A stretch of 64,000 nt of DNA. It comes from Macrostomum lignano (Eukaryota). The DNA lies in the NCBI GenBank assembly GCA_002269645.1, contig NIVC01001623.1:62001-126000 (forward strand). The letters run 5' to 3'. Shown in pieces: positions 38,331 through 51,000 of this stretch (position 1 is the first letter of the stretch; each line of letters starts with the position of its first letter). A program made the position numbers and the translations under genes. The notes beneath the pieces were generated by a model. It was not told the origin of the DNA, did no database searches, and was given only the letters and a program-made list of their open reading frames with translations.

Positions 38331-40109
38331 CTTTTGTATCACCGCGCCGACCTGTTCCGTCCAAGCGACCGGCTGCGCAGTCATACATGACCACATTCAT
38401 GTATGTAATGGCTTGATTTGGAATGCTTTCTATATGTATGTTTTGCGAATAGAGGACCCGGCCACTTCAAGCATTATCTTTGGTCCGGGTTCTCCTCAAC
38501 TACATGTACTACTTCTTAATTAACTTCTGCATTCAAAATTAAAAATATACAAATGTGCACACGCGGCATGTCAACCCCGTCGTGCTGCACACGTTTCAAA
38601 CACATGAGCACATTTTATTTTGTTAGTACATGTACAAGCGTATAACAGAGACGCATCGATCGAAAGCCGGCAGATGTTGCAGAGGGTATGAACATTAATT
38701 AGCCTGTCGACTTAGTCATTTCAGGGTTCAGTTTTACTTTTTTGTGGCTGTGGGGGGTAGTTTATTGGCAGTTGACGAAGTGAACAATGTTGGAACACTT
38801 CCTGTTGGCCAGTTGACGAAGTGACCAAGGTTTGAGATCGCTTCATTGGCTAGTTGACGAAACAACCAGTGATAAAACTGAGTTGACGAAATGGCCAGTT
38901 GATGAAACGCCAGTTGACGAAATGACTAGGACCCATTATTGTGCCAAATGACAAATTATCAAAAGGGTCTATCCCATAGTTTGAAAGGAGACATATAGGC
39001 CTACGCCAGGATTTCCTGTATACAACAAAGGTCTTACCATTTTTCAGTGTAGTGTACATCAGGTTATATCCCGGTGTACATGGCATAGCAGATACATTGT
39101 GTCCATTCCCAAGGTGCAACCTTGGGAATCACTTGGCCATTTCTATTGGCAACACACATATGTAAGTTGCTATTGGCTAATAGTCTTCCATCCAATAGCA
39201 ACTTACATGTGTGTGTTGCCAATAGAGATGGCTGGGTGAATCCCTTGGTTGCACCCAAGCATGATTGTGTCAAATGACAAGTTTTTTTGTATTGGTGCAC
39301 AAACCTTGCATACAAACAAGGTCTCCTCATTTTTTCCAATATTAAACCCAGCATACACTAATAGGCCTACACAATCCAAGCTATGGAGCTATCTTATAGA
39401 ACTGTTTGTTAATTTTTTTTTGCTTGAATTCAATTCCTTTTGATTTTTAGAATCTAAAAGTATAAAGCAAGTAAACAAATTAATAGTTTAACATGTACTA
39501 GTGGCAAATTTGTTTGTTATAGTCAATTGCTATATTACAACATACATGCGCAACTTCTGAAATTACGCTGGCCGTGCGACTTAGTTTTCGATAAAAAATG
39601 CGACTTACCTATGAAAGAGCCAAGCAAAAACTTTAGGTAAACGGCAGGAGTAACTATGACCATATTTTAAAAAGCTAAATGCCTCGCCAGCTAATTAGTG
39701 CTGCGTGCAGATTCGGCGTTTTTATAACAGCTAATCAGTATGTCATCTAGTGGCGGCATGAAGCAATTAGTAAATTGTCAGTACAGTGTAGTGAGCATAC
39801 TACAAAAGTCATGATTCATGAATGTCCAGAAGTAAGTGAAGTGAATACAGTGTGACCTATAGCTCAAGAACGATTTGGCATGGAAGATGAGAGCCCTGAT
39901 TCAGATGGCTCATCAGATGCAGAATACGAATCCAGTAGAGATACAAGCTGTGAAAACCCGCAGATTTTTAAACCACTGAATTCTAATTCCCGGAACTATT
40001 TTTGCATAGATTCTAAATTTGAAGTCATGCTCAAAAAAAACTTGTTAACAGTTAGGAAAAAGGCAAAGATGGGAGTAATGCATGTTAAACTAAGATTTGA
40101 GGCCTTTGC

Positions 40110-40980
40110 AAATTCTCTCCATTCCTCAATCTTCTCATCCTCTTTTTCTTTTCTCTCTCATCCCTTATCCCTCCTATCTTTCCTCTCCTCTCCTATCTCT
40201 TCTGTCTCCTCTCTACATTCTTATCTCTCCTCTCGTCTCTCTCCATTCCTCAATCTTCTCATCCTCTTTTTCTTTTCTCTCTCATCCCTTATCCCTTCTC
40301 TCTTTCCTCTCCTCTCTCCTCTCTTTCCTCTCCTCTCCTATCTCTTCTGTCTCCTCTCTACATTCTTATCTCTCCTCTCGTCTCTCTCCATTCCACTCTA
40401 CTCTCTCATCTTATCTTCCCTCTCGTCTCTCTCCATTCCACTTTACTCTCTCATCTTATCTTCCCTCTCGTCTCTCTCCACTCTACTCTCTCATCTTATC
40501 TCTCCTCTCTTTTCTACTCTCTCATCTCTCCTCTCTTCACTCTCCTCTCATCTCCTCTTTATCCTCTCTTCTCTCATCTACTTTCTTCTCTTTCCTCTTT
40601 CCTCTCTTCTGATCTCATCCATCATCTTTTCTTTCCTCTTTCCTCTCATCTCCTCTTCTCTCTCATCTCTTTTTCCTCCCTCAGCTTTTCTCTCCTCTTC
40701 TATCTTTTCTCCCATCGCATCGCTCGCCTCTCCTCTGTTTGCTTATCTCTAATCTTCTATTCCCTCTACTTTGAAGTAAGAAAATATGCACATATTTTTG
40801 CTGAAGATAAGAGGAGAGAAGAGGGCATTGAGGAGAAAGGGTAGAGAGAAAGGGGGAGAAGAGAGGAGAGTAAAAATGAGAGGAGAGAGAAGAGGGAAAA
40901 GGGGGGAGAGAGAGAAGAGGGAAAAGGGGGGAGAGAGAGAAGAGGGGAGGCAAGGTAGAGAAGAAGAGAGAGATGAGAGT
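40110..40980. repeat. Low-complexity CT-rich tract (~40110-40765) followed by a GA-rich tract (~40805-40980)
   Basis: Direct reading; source of the S/L/F-rich pseudo-ORFs. Confidence 0.9.
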
Positions 40981-41018
40981 TGAAGAGACACCAACCTAAG
41001 TAATGTTACCAACCTTAA

Positions 41019-41846
41019 GAAAGTAGTGTTACTTTTGCTTGGTGTGGACGTATGGACAGTCACACTTGCATGTGCTTGGTGTCATTTGAAAGCGGCAAGT
41101 CTCTTCTTTAAAATGACACCAATTGCAAGAGATTTGAATCTGTGCTTCAAGAGATATGGACGATTAAGTAGAGAAAGGTCAGTCATAGACTTACAGAACC
41201 TCAAAAATGTCAACAGAAAACTTTTATCACGAGCGTAATTACTCCAGAAAAAACAAAAAACACAACAGTACAGTACAGAAGCAGGTGAAACAGATAACAA
41301 GCAAATTATCACACAAGCGAACAACATTAAAATCATTCATCGGTTGGCAGACTTGTCATCTTGCTGACAGCATGGTCGCCATGAGCTGTGCAAAGTTGCC
41401 TGTGGATGTCAGCCGATTTGGTTCCGGAGCTCCAAAGTGTAAAGATGGCATGTCGCTGCCCAGTCTTTGAATGCACATCCATTTGCAGTTCACAATTGAA
41501 AATTGAATGTCAATAAACTTTGCAGGCGCAGCAGAAGCAGTTTTACAAGTCTCGTAGTTTTATGAGACAGCCCCTCTCGTTCACTGCATCACATTTGGCC
41601 ATAGACAGCCCATGATTACGAAAAAATCGATAAAATCGTAAAAGTTTTCTGTTGACATTTTTGAGGTTCTGTAAGTCTATGACTGACCTTTCTCTACTTA
41701 ATCGTCCATATCTCTTGAAGCACAGATTCAAATCTCTTGCAATTGGTGTCACTCTAAAGAAGAGACTTGCCGCTTTCAAATGACACCAAGCACATGCAAG
41801 TGTGACCGTCCACACGTCCACACCAAGCAAAAGTAACACTACTTTC
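41019..41846. repeat. 208-bp inverted repeat pair (41019-41226 / 41639-41846) with a ~410-bp spacer; possible internal MITE
   Basis: Near-identical reverse complements; the same peptide appears in ORFs 41026+ and 41839-. No TSD found. Confidence 0.9.
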
Positions 41847-42079
41847 CGGACGCCCCTCGTAGTTAGGAAGTTTCAAAGAACCCGAGGGGCGAGGGCCAGA
41901 TAGAGGGGCTTCGCGAGCCGGAGTTTGCCAACCCCTGCTCCAGAGTTTAAGAAATCAATGGGAAACTGTTGACGCGGGCTTCTGATTTCAAAGATCTTGT
42001 CTGTTGTTGAAGGCTTCTATTCTGTTTTTGCTCTCCTGCCACACTTGCACCTACTACCCCCTGATTGCCTCTGATTGTG

Positions 42080-44250
42080 ACTTACTTCCCTCTTATTGCG
42101 ACTTAGTTGCTTCTTTTTGCGACTTACCTAATCCTTTTTGCGACTTACCTAATCCTTTTTGCGACTTACTTAATCCTTTTTGCGACTTACCTAATCCTTT
42201 TGCGACTTACCTAACCCTTTTGCGACTTACCTAACCCTTTGGCGACTTACCTAATCCTTTTTGCGACTTACTTAATCCTTTTTGCGACTTACCTAATCCT
42301 TTTGCGACTTACCTGATCCTTTTGCGACTTACCTAACCCTTTTGCGACTTACCTAATCCTTTTGCGACTTACCTGATCCTTTTGCGACTTACCTAATCCT
42401 TTTGTGACTTAGCTGATCCTTTTGCGACTTACCTGATTCTTTTTGCGACTTACCTAATCCCTTTTGCGACTTACCTGATCCTTTTTGCGACTTACCTAAT
42501 CCCTTTTGCGACTTACCTAACCCTTTTGCGACTTACTTAATCCTTTTTGCGACTTACCTAATCCTTTTTGCGACTTACCTAATCCTTTTTGCGACTTACC
42601 TAACCCTTTTGCGACTTACCTAACCCTTTTGCGACTTACCTAATCCTTTTTGCGACTTACCTAATCCTTTTGCGACTTACCTAATCCTTTTTGCGACTTA
42701 CCTAACCCTTTTGCGACTTACCTAATCCTTTTGCGACTTACCTGATCCTTTTGCGACTTACCTAACCCTTTTGCGACTTACCTAATCCTTTTGCGACTTA
42801 CCTGATCCTTTTGCGACTTACCTAATCCTTTTGTGACTTAGCTGATCCTTTTGCGACTTACCTGATTCTTTTTGCGACTTACCTAATCCCTTTTGCGACT
42901 TACCTGATCCTTTTTGCGACTTACCTAATCCCTTTTGCGACTTACCTAACCCTTTTGCGACTTACTTAATCCTTTTTGCGACTTACCTAATCCTTTTTGC
43001 GACTTACCTAATCCTTTTTGCGACTTACCTAACCCTTTTGCGACTTACCTAACCCTTTTGCGACTTACCTGATTCTTTTTGCGACTTACCTAATCCCTTT
43101 TGCGACTTACCTGATCCTTTTTGCGACTTACCTAATCCCTTTTGCGACTTACCTAACCCTTTTGCGACTTACTTAATCCTTTTTGCGACTTACCTAATCC
43201 TTTTTGCGACTTACCTAATCCTTTTTGCGACTTACCTAACCCTTTTGCGACTTACCTAACCCTTTTGCGACTTACCTAATCCTTTTTGCGACTTACCTAA
43301 TCCTTTTTGCGACTTACCTAACCCTTTTGCGACTTACTTAATCCTTTTTGCGACTTACCTAATCCTTTTTGCGACTTACCTAATCCTTTTTGCGACTTAC
43401 CTAACCCTTTTGCGACTTACCTAACCCTTTTGCGACTTACCTAATCCTTTTGCGACTTACCTAATCCTTTTGCGACTTACCTAATCCTTTTGCGACTTAC
43501 CTAACCCTTTTGCGACTTACCTAACCCTTTTGCGACTTACCTAATCCTTTTGCGACTTACCTGATCCTTTTGCGACTTACCTAACCCTTTTGCGACTTAC
43601 CTAATCCTTTTGCGACTTACCTGATCCTTTTGCGACTTACCTAATCCTTTTGTGACTTAGCTGATCCTTTTGCGACTTACCTGATTCTTTTTGCGACTTA
43701 CCTAATCCCTTTTGCGACTTACCTGATCCTTTTTGCGACTTACCTAATCCCTTTTGCGACTTACCTAACCCTTTTGCGACTTACTTAATCCTTTTTGCGA
43801 CTTACCTAATCCTTTTTGCGACTTACCTAATCCTTTTTGCGACTTACCTAACCCTTTTGCGACTTACCTAACCCTTTTGCGACTTACCTAATCCTTTTTG
43901 CGACTTACCTAATCCTTTTGCGACTTACCTAATCCTTTTTGCGACTTACCTAACCCTTTTGCGACTTACTTAATCCTTTTTGCGACTTACCTAATCCTTT
44001 TTGCGACTTACCTAATCCTTTTTGCGACTTACCTAACCCTTTTGCGACTTACCTAACCCTTTTGCGACTTACCTAATCCTTTTGCGACTTACCTAATCCT
44101 TTTGCGACTTACCTAATCCTTTTGCGACTTACCTAACCCTTTTGCGACTTACTTAATCCTTTTGCGACTTATCTAACCCTTTTGCGACTTACCTAACCCT
44201 TTTGCGACTTACCTGATCCTTTTTGCGACTTACCTGATTATTTTTACAAC
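42080..44250. repeat. 20-22-bp satellite (tttgcgacttacctaatcct), ~100 copies, inside the 4.9-kb element
   Basis: Direct reading; block duplications are marked by the tttgtgacttagctg variant at ~42401, 42830 and 43649. Confidence 0.97.
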
Positions 44251-47069
44251 TTAGTTTGCTTCTTTTGCGAATTGTTTTTCTTTTGCTTCACCATTTTCCC
44301 TGAACTGCACTTTCTTTCGCTTTCCTCTTGCCTTTCTTGGTTCTTGTGTTTTTCTGTTTTTGGTTGACTCAATTTTGCGACTTACCCCTGGTCAGCCACG
44401 ATTTACGGTGGCCGGATCGGCCAGGTCGGCCAGCAGTTGCGCATGTATGTATTACAATACAAGGGTAAGCCTACTACTTTAACATAGGATAATATAGTGT
44501 AACTAGGTAAATTTTTTAGGATAAATCTCTACAATATTTGAATTATTGGTTTATACACACAAAGTATGAAAATATGTCTATGGTCAAAAGACTAAGACAA
44601 TACAAAGGGACCTTTTAAGGGCAATGCATTTGAGATTTAAAAAATTAGTTGCCAAGCTATCAATACTGGGATTCAAGTCAAGCCATTGCTTACTTTTCTA
44701 ATTTTTAGACTACTACTCTAGATAGCTAGACAACTAGTAGCCTCGAGTTGGAATGTGCCACCTGTGGAAGTATAGCTAGGTTTAGAGTGGTGATTGACTA
44801 TAACAAACAAATTTGCTATCAGTACATATTAAACTATTAATTTGTTCACTTGTTTCATATTTTGGACTCTAAAATAGAAAGAAATTAAATTAAAGCAAAA
44901 ATAATATAATGAATGATTCTATAGAGTATAGGTAGGCCTAGCCTCAAAAGATGTGGTATATCAAATATTTTTTGAAAATTGCTTTTTTATTTGAGCTAGA
45001 TGGCATTTTATTTTAAAAGATACAATTATAAAGTTGGAAATTTTCTAGTTTTCTTTGCATATCTATTTTTGAACATTTTTCTATAATCTTTTATTATTAA
45101 AATTGTTAAACCTGGATGTCTAGATAAGCTGGCATTTCTAATAATATGTCAGTTCTAGAATTTGGGCCAGGGGCCTAAACTTATTGTCAACCCAGAGTCT
45201 AGATTATACTGGGTACCCAAACAAAAATTGAATAGTTAAAATACATGCTAAAAATGAGTATTCTCAAATCTAGGCCAGTATTGCAAGAATAAATAACATT
45301 TTTTATATTGCAACTATAAATGCCATAGTGTAGATCATGCTAAGTACATACCAGAATGCTTTGAATTTTATTTCATTTCCTTGCTAACCCCAAGTAAATG
45401 CACACCAATGCCAATTGCAGTTGCAACAATAGGCCCCCTTGGCCCCCTCCAAATTTATCCCCCTCCTATACTCTCTCTTTTGGGTATTGAATGGGCTTCC
45501 CCCCAAATTAAATTTCTGGCTACGCCAATGGCAACAATAAAGGACCTTTTTTGGTTTTCATTTTATAATCTAAGTTTTGGTTAAAACTAAACTAATGATA
45601 CAACCTATATGTACATGGTCCTACTAACAAACTGTCAATATCTTTTCAATTATTTATATTTATCCTACTTAATACCTTTAGAAAAAACACTTCTAATTTT
45701 GCCTTGAATTGTAAAAAAAAACTTTCTGTGGCAAATAACTTTGAACATCTATCTATCATATGCCTTACACTGATATGCCATAATGCACATTGCATGCCAA
45801 TTGTGTATGCTCATAACTATACTTTCTTTCAGTTGCTTGATGATATTTTAAAATGCATGATATACATGTTGACATTTTCAATGCATGCTGGAAAATTCTG
45901 ACATGCACTACATCTTCCAAAGATAGGTACAAATGACCTTTTTGTTTTGCAACTATTTCAAGCTTTCCAGTTTCTAGGCTTGTAATAAGGCATTTTAACA
46001 AGTGTTTATGCATATCAATTTTCTGCTTTAAATAGTATAAACAAAAAAATGAGTAATCAACCAAATTATCAGCCAATAAAGGACCCTTATTGGCCCTTTA
46101 ATTACCCTTTATTGGCTGATAATTTGCTTAAAAACTTTAAAGCTTGAAATTTACACTTAAAAATGAACTTTTCAATCTTTTTTTCCAGAACAACAATGTC
46201 ATTGACTTTGAGGTGATATCTTACATACAAGATACTAATGGTAATTTTAGCAAAGCAGCATGCTTTGCCATATAAGTAGCATTGTTAGTGATCAAATATT
46301 GATAGCTTTAATATGAAAACTGAGATAAATATAAGTGAATGAAATAGACATGGTGAAAGTCTAACAAAAGTGGTAATGGGTAAATATATTGTATAAAATG
46401 CAAAAAGTCTTTAAGTCTTGGGTTTTTAGTTTTTAAAGTCTAGTTTCTAAGTTTACATATATATTTTAAACAAGATAACTTATATAAGATAACTAATAGA
46501 AGATGTATCATAAAAGTATAAAACTCTAACTAGACATAATATAGAAGTTACTAAAATAAAATATTATAGTGTTTATTATTAGAAATAACAAAAAATATAA
46601 AAAATGCACACAAATGATGATGCAAAGCAACCTAGAAAATTGCTATCAAATTCTTATTTTGTTTGTTTATTAAAGATTTAAATGTCTAATATATTTTATT
46701 TATATAGTCTATTCTCTAATCAAGATCTAGATTATAAAAAATCATATGCATTGTAGTTTTTCTATGACCTATACTATATTATAGGATAGCTCTTAACTAA
46801 CAAATAGAAGTTAGAAGTTTTTATTATATTATGCTTATGGAGAAAATATATAAAAATGTTTCTTATTATCTGTATATACTGAAACAAAAATTATTAAGTT
46901 AAAATTTTACTAATATCTTTTATTTAGAAAAATAACTAGTGTAAGGCACAACTAAGACAATTAGTTATGATATATAATTATCATTTTAAAATGTAAAACT
47001 TAGTCAGTTAGCCAATATTGTCTTGGTTAAATCTATGCCTAGCTATATATCAATTAGAATTCAATCAAT

Positions 47070-47960
47070 TCAGTGAAACTGCATATGCCAACTACCCATC
47101 CTATAACCTCATACACAACTATCCTATCCTGCACCCCACATGCCAATTACCCCATCCTGCATCCCACATGCCAACTACCTTATCCTGCACCCCACATGCC
47201 AACTATCTTATCCTGCACCCCACATGCCAACTACACATCCTGCACCCCATATGCCAATTACCCCATCCTGTACCCCACATGCCAACTACCCATACATGCG
47301 CAACAGTCGGCCGAGTCGGCCGATCCGGCCGACCGATTTGGCAGCAAACCAAGGAAGTCGCAAAAATGCCCACCCGAAAAAATAACCGAGTAGTAGTACT
47401 AAGTAGCTGACGAGGCATTTTGGCTTAATAAGACAGTTATAGTTACTCCTGCCGTTTACCCAAAGTTGCGTTAATTTTGCTTCAGGGTTTTTAACATGTA
47501 AGTCGCATTTTTGGCCAAAAACTACGTCGCATTTTTGTTAAAACTAAGTCGCATGGCCGACCGAATTTCGGAGGTTGCGCATGTATGCAACTACCCCATC
47601 CTGCACCCCACACACCAACTACCCCATCTTGCACCCCACACACTAACTACCCCATCTTGCACCCCACATGCCAACTACCCCATCTTGCACCCCACATGCC
47701 AACTACCCCATCTTGCACCCCACATGCCAACTACCCCATCCTGCACCCCACACACTAACTACCCCATCTTGCACCCCACATGCCAACTACCCCATCCTGC
47801 ACCCCACACACTAACTACCCCATCTTGCACCCCACATGCCAACTACCCCATCCTGCACCCCACACACTAACTACCCCATCTTGCACCCCACATGCCAACT
47901 ACCCCATCTTGCACCCCACACTCCAGACACCAACTACCCCATCCTGCACCCCACACACCC
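47070..47960. repeat. 28-bp minisatellite (ccccacatgccaactaccccatcctgca) interrupted by a MITE
   Basis: Direct reading. Confidence 0.93.
47291..47587. mobile_element. 297-bp MITE of the same family as 39541-44449, in opposite orientation, 8-bp TSD CAACTACC
   Basis: catacatgcgcaac / gttgcgcatgtatg termini; caactacc at 47283-47290 and 47588-47595. Confidence 0.92.
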
Positions 47961-48089
47961 GTCAGCCCAATTTCTTTGTCAATTGTAAATTGTCAATTGC
48001 TTCTTACAGCATAATTTGCTGAATATTAGGAGTATAAATCAAAGTTAAGGCTTCGCAACCCCGGCACTGCACCAGCAGCCCCCGCAGCC

Positions 48090-51000
48090 ATGGCCAGCCC
48101 AGGCTCAACCGGCACCAGGATCCAGACATTCCGCCCCACCATGGAGGAGTTCCGCGACTTCAACGCCTACATCGCCAAGATCGAGTCGGCCGACGCGCAC
48201 CTGGCCGGGGTGTGCAAGATCGTGCCGCCGGCCGAGTGGGTGCCCCGCCGCGGAGGCTACGCGGACCTGGACCAGCTGGTCATCCCCGGCCCCATCAGGC
48301 AGAAGGTCTGCGGCACGGGCGGCGTGTTCAGCCAGTGGAACGAGCTGCAGAAGCCGCTGACAGTGGCAAGCTTTCGGCAGCTAGCCACCAGCGGCAAGTA
48401 CCAGACCCCTGCCCACACAGACATGGAGCACCTGGAGAAGAAGTACTGGGCCAACCTCACCATCAACCCCGGCATCTACGGCGCCGACGTCAGCGGCTCC
48501 GTCACCGACCCCGACCAGACCTGCTGGAACATCGCCAACCTGGGCAGCATCCTCGACGAGATCGGGCTGGACTCCGGAGTCAAGATCGAGGGCGTGAACA
48601 CGCCCTACCTGTACTTCGGCATGTGGAAGACCTCGTTCCCCTGGCACACGGAGGACATGGACCTGTACTCCATCAACTACATCCACTTCGGCGCCCCCAA
48701 GCACTGGTACGCCGTGCCGCCCGCCCACGGCCGCAAGCTGGAGCGCCTCGCCCAGAGCTTCTTCGGCGCCTCCTACAAGAGCTGCCCGGCGTTCCTGCGG
48801 CACAAAACCACTCTGATCAGTCCGCAGGTGCTGCACAAGTACGGCGTGCCCTTTGACAAGATCACGCAGCACTCGGGCGAGATCATCATCACCTTTCCGT
48901 ACGGCTACCACAGCGGCTTCAACGTTGGCTACAACTGCGCCGAGAGCACCAACTTTGCTAGCAGGCGCTGGATTTCCTACGGCAAGAAGGCCGCTCTCTG
49001 CTGCTGCCAGAAGGACAGCGTCAAGATCGACATGGGCCTGTTTGTGCGCAAGTTCGAGCCGGACAAGTGAGTTTGAGAGGCCTTGTACGGGGGGGGGCAA
49101 TCCTTTCTATATACCTTCATTCGTTGGTAAAGGGGGCCGTAGCCCAGCAGTCTAGTGCCGGCTCTGGTGTGCCAGCGACCCAGGCTCGATTCCAAGTGCA
49201 GTCATTAATTTGGGGCTGAATTGGAATCTCAGCTTGGCTCTGCTCGTGCAATTAACGGCCTTGAGAGCCAACCGCCCAAGGCGCAATGAAGTTGTACATG
49301 CCTAACGATAATATAAAGTTAGGGCCGCTGTACACTCCTGTGTGAGTGTGTGCCTGCGTACGTATCCGTGCGCTTGTGTGCCTGCTCAGGGGAGTCGGCG
49401 GAATGGGCAGTAATGCCTCTCGCCGGTTGTGTGCCTATGTCGCTTAAAGTCCGCCAGGGTGCACACAACCCCCTGCCTCTAATAAAAAAAAATTCATTCG
49501 TTGGTAAGAGCAAGGCTGGGCACATACTTTTGAGACTCCTTGAGGCCTGGAATCTTCTGGTTACTATTAATGCCTTTTCAGCCTACTTTTCAGTAGCCAG
49601 TAGCGCACCAGCATCAAATCAATGATGGCGCAATTCCTCGCCTGTTGTCCCCGCAGATACGAGGACTGGCTGGAGGGCCGCGACGCCAGCCCGCACCCCG
49701 AGGACGACATCAAGCGGCAGCGGCGACCAACGCAGCCGGCGCCAACGCCGCAGCCGCAGGCGCCCGTCGTCTCCTCTTCCGCTGACACAGCTGCCGCAGC
49801 CGACTGGGACGCCGGCAGCGACCATTCGTCCGACATTCCGTCGCTGACGCTGAGCGACGATCCGCGCCGGCACTGCGGCCCCATTGAGTTGCTGCGCGAG
49901 GCCGCCGCCACCTCCGCGGCTGCTGCTTCGATCGGCGGCGAGGCTGAGGCGCCAGCAGCCGCCACCGTCTCCGCCGACGCCTGCCCGGTGCAGTTCGGCG
50001 CCAGCGGCCGCCGCTTCGTGGCCGCCCAGGGCGCCCTGTGGGCGGACGCGCCGGCCAACCCGGCGGCGGAGGCGGCGCTAAACGAGCGAATGGCGCTGGT
50101 GGAGCCGCATTGCGCCGTCTGCACCTTCTTCCTGCTGCCGGACCGCCGCGCCGAGGTCCTCTGGTCCGGCTTCTCGCCTAGGAAGCAGTGCCCGCAGAGC
50201 CGCTCCTCAGTCTGGCTGCCCGAGCTGCTGTTCGCCAAGGACGGCCCCTTCGATCTGGGCCGGTCTGCCGTGGAATTCTCCGCTGTGCTGCAGTGTGCCA
50301 GGTCTGCACCTCGCTGCTAACTGGCTCAGATTGTTCTCACTCAGACATTGGGAGTGCTGCTAGCTCTCTGCCTTCCCCTGACTGCCCCTGCTGTCCTCTG
50401 ACTGCCCCTGTTGTCCCCTGATTGCCCCTGCTGTCCCCTGACTGCCCCTGCTGTCCCCTGACTGCCCCTGCTGTCTCCTGACTGCCCCTGCTGTCCCCTG
50501 ACTGCCCCTGCTGTCCCCTGACTGCCCCTGCTGTCTCCTGACTCCCCTGACTGCCCCTGCTGTCCCCTGACTGCCCCTGCTGTCTCCTGACTCCCCTGAC
50601 TGCCCCTGCTGTCCCCTGACTGCCCCTGCTGTCCCCTGACTGCCCCTGCTGTCCCCTGACTGCCCCTGCTGTCCCCTGACTCCCCTGACTGCCCCTGCTG
50701 TCCCCTGACCCTCCCTGCCGCCTCTTTGACTCTCTCTGCTGCCTGCCTGACTCTCTCTGCTGCCTTCCTGACTCTCTATGCTGCCTTCCTGACTCTCTCT
50801 GCTGCCTTCCTGACTCTCTCTGCTGCCTTCCTGACTCTTTCTGCTGCCTTCCTGACTCTCTATGCTGCCTTCCTGACTCTCTCTGCTGCCTTCCTGACTC
50901 TTTCTGCTGCCTTCCTGACTCTCTCTGCTGCCTTCCTGACTCTCTCTGCTGCCTGCCGGACTCTCTGCTGCCTGCCTGACTCTCTCTGCTGCCTTCCTGA

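Larger units (their letters stand above)
36163..38934. mobile_element. 2.77-kb non-autonomous Mutator/Merlin-type element with repetitive subterminal gttgacgaa motifs, TSD attattgt(g)
   Basis: GGGT...GTCATTTCGTCAACTGGCGTTTC at both ends in inverted orientation; attattgt at 36155-36162 and 38935-38942. Confidence 0.82.
39541..44449. mobile_element. 4.9-kb composite non-autonomous DNA transposon (14-bp TIR CATACATGCGCAAC, 8-bp TSD TATTACAA; P or hAT superfamily)
   Basis: TIRs at 39541-39554 and 44436-44449; tattacaa at 39533-39540 and 44450-44457; both subterminal regions match the MITE at 47291-47587. Confidence 0.9.

Noticed and set aside
9475-49200. tRNA genes at 9475, 25833 and 49131
   Set aside because: No complete cloverleaf or terminator; each continues into a SINE body and tail.
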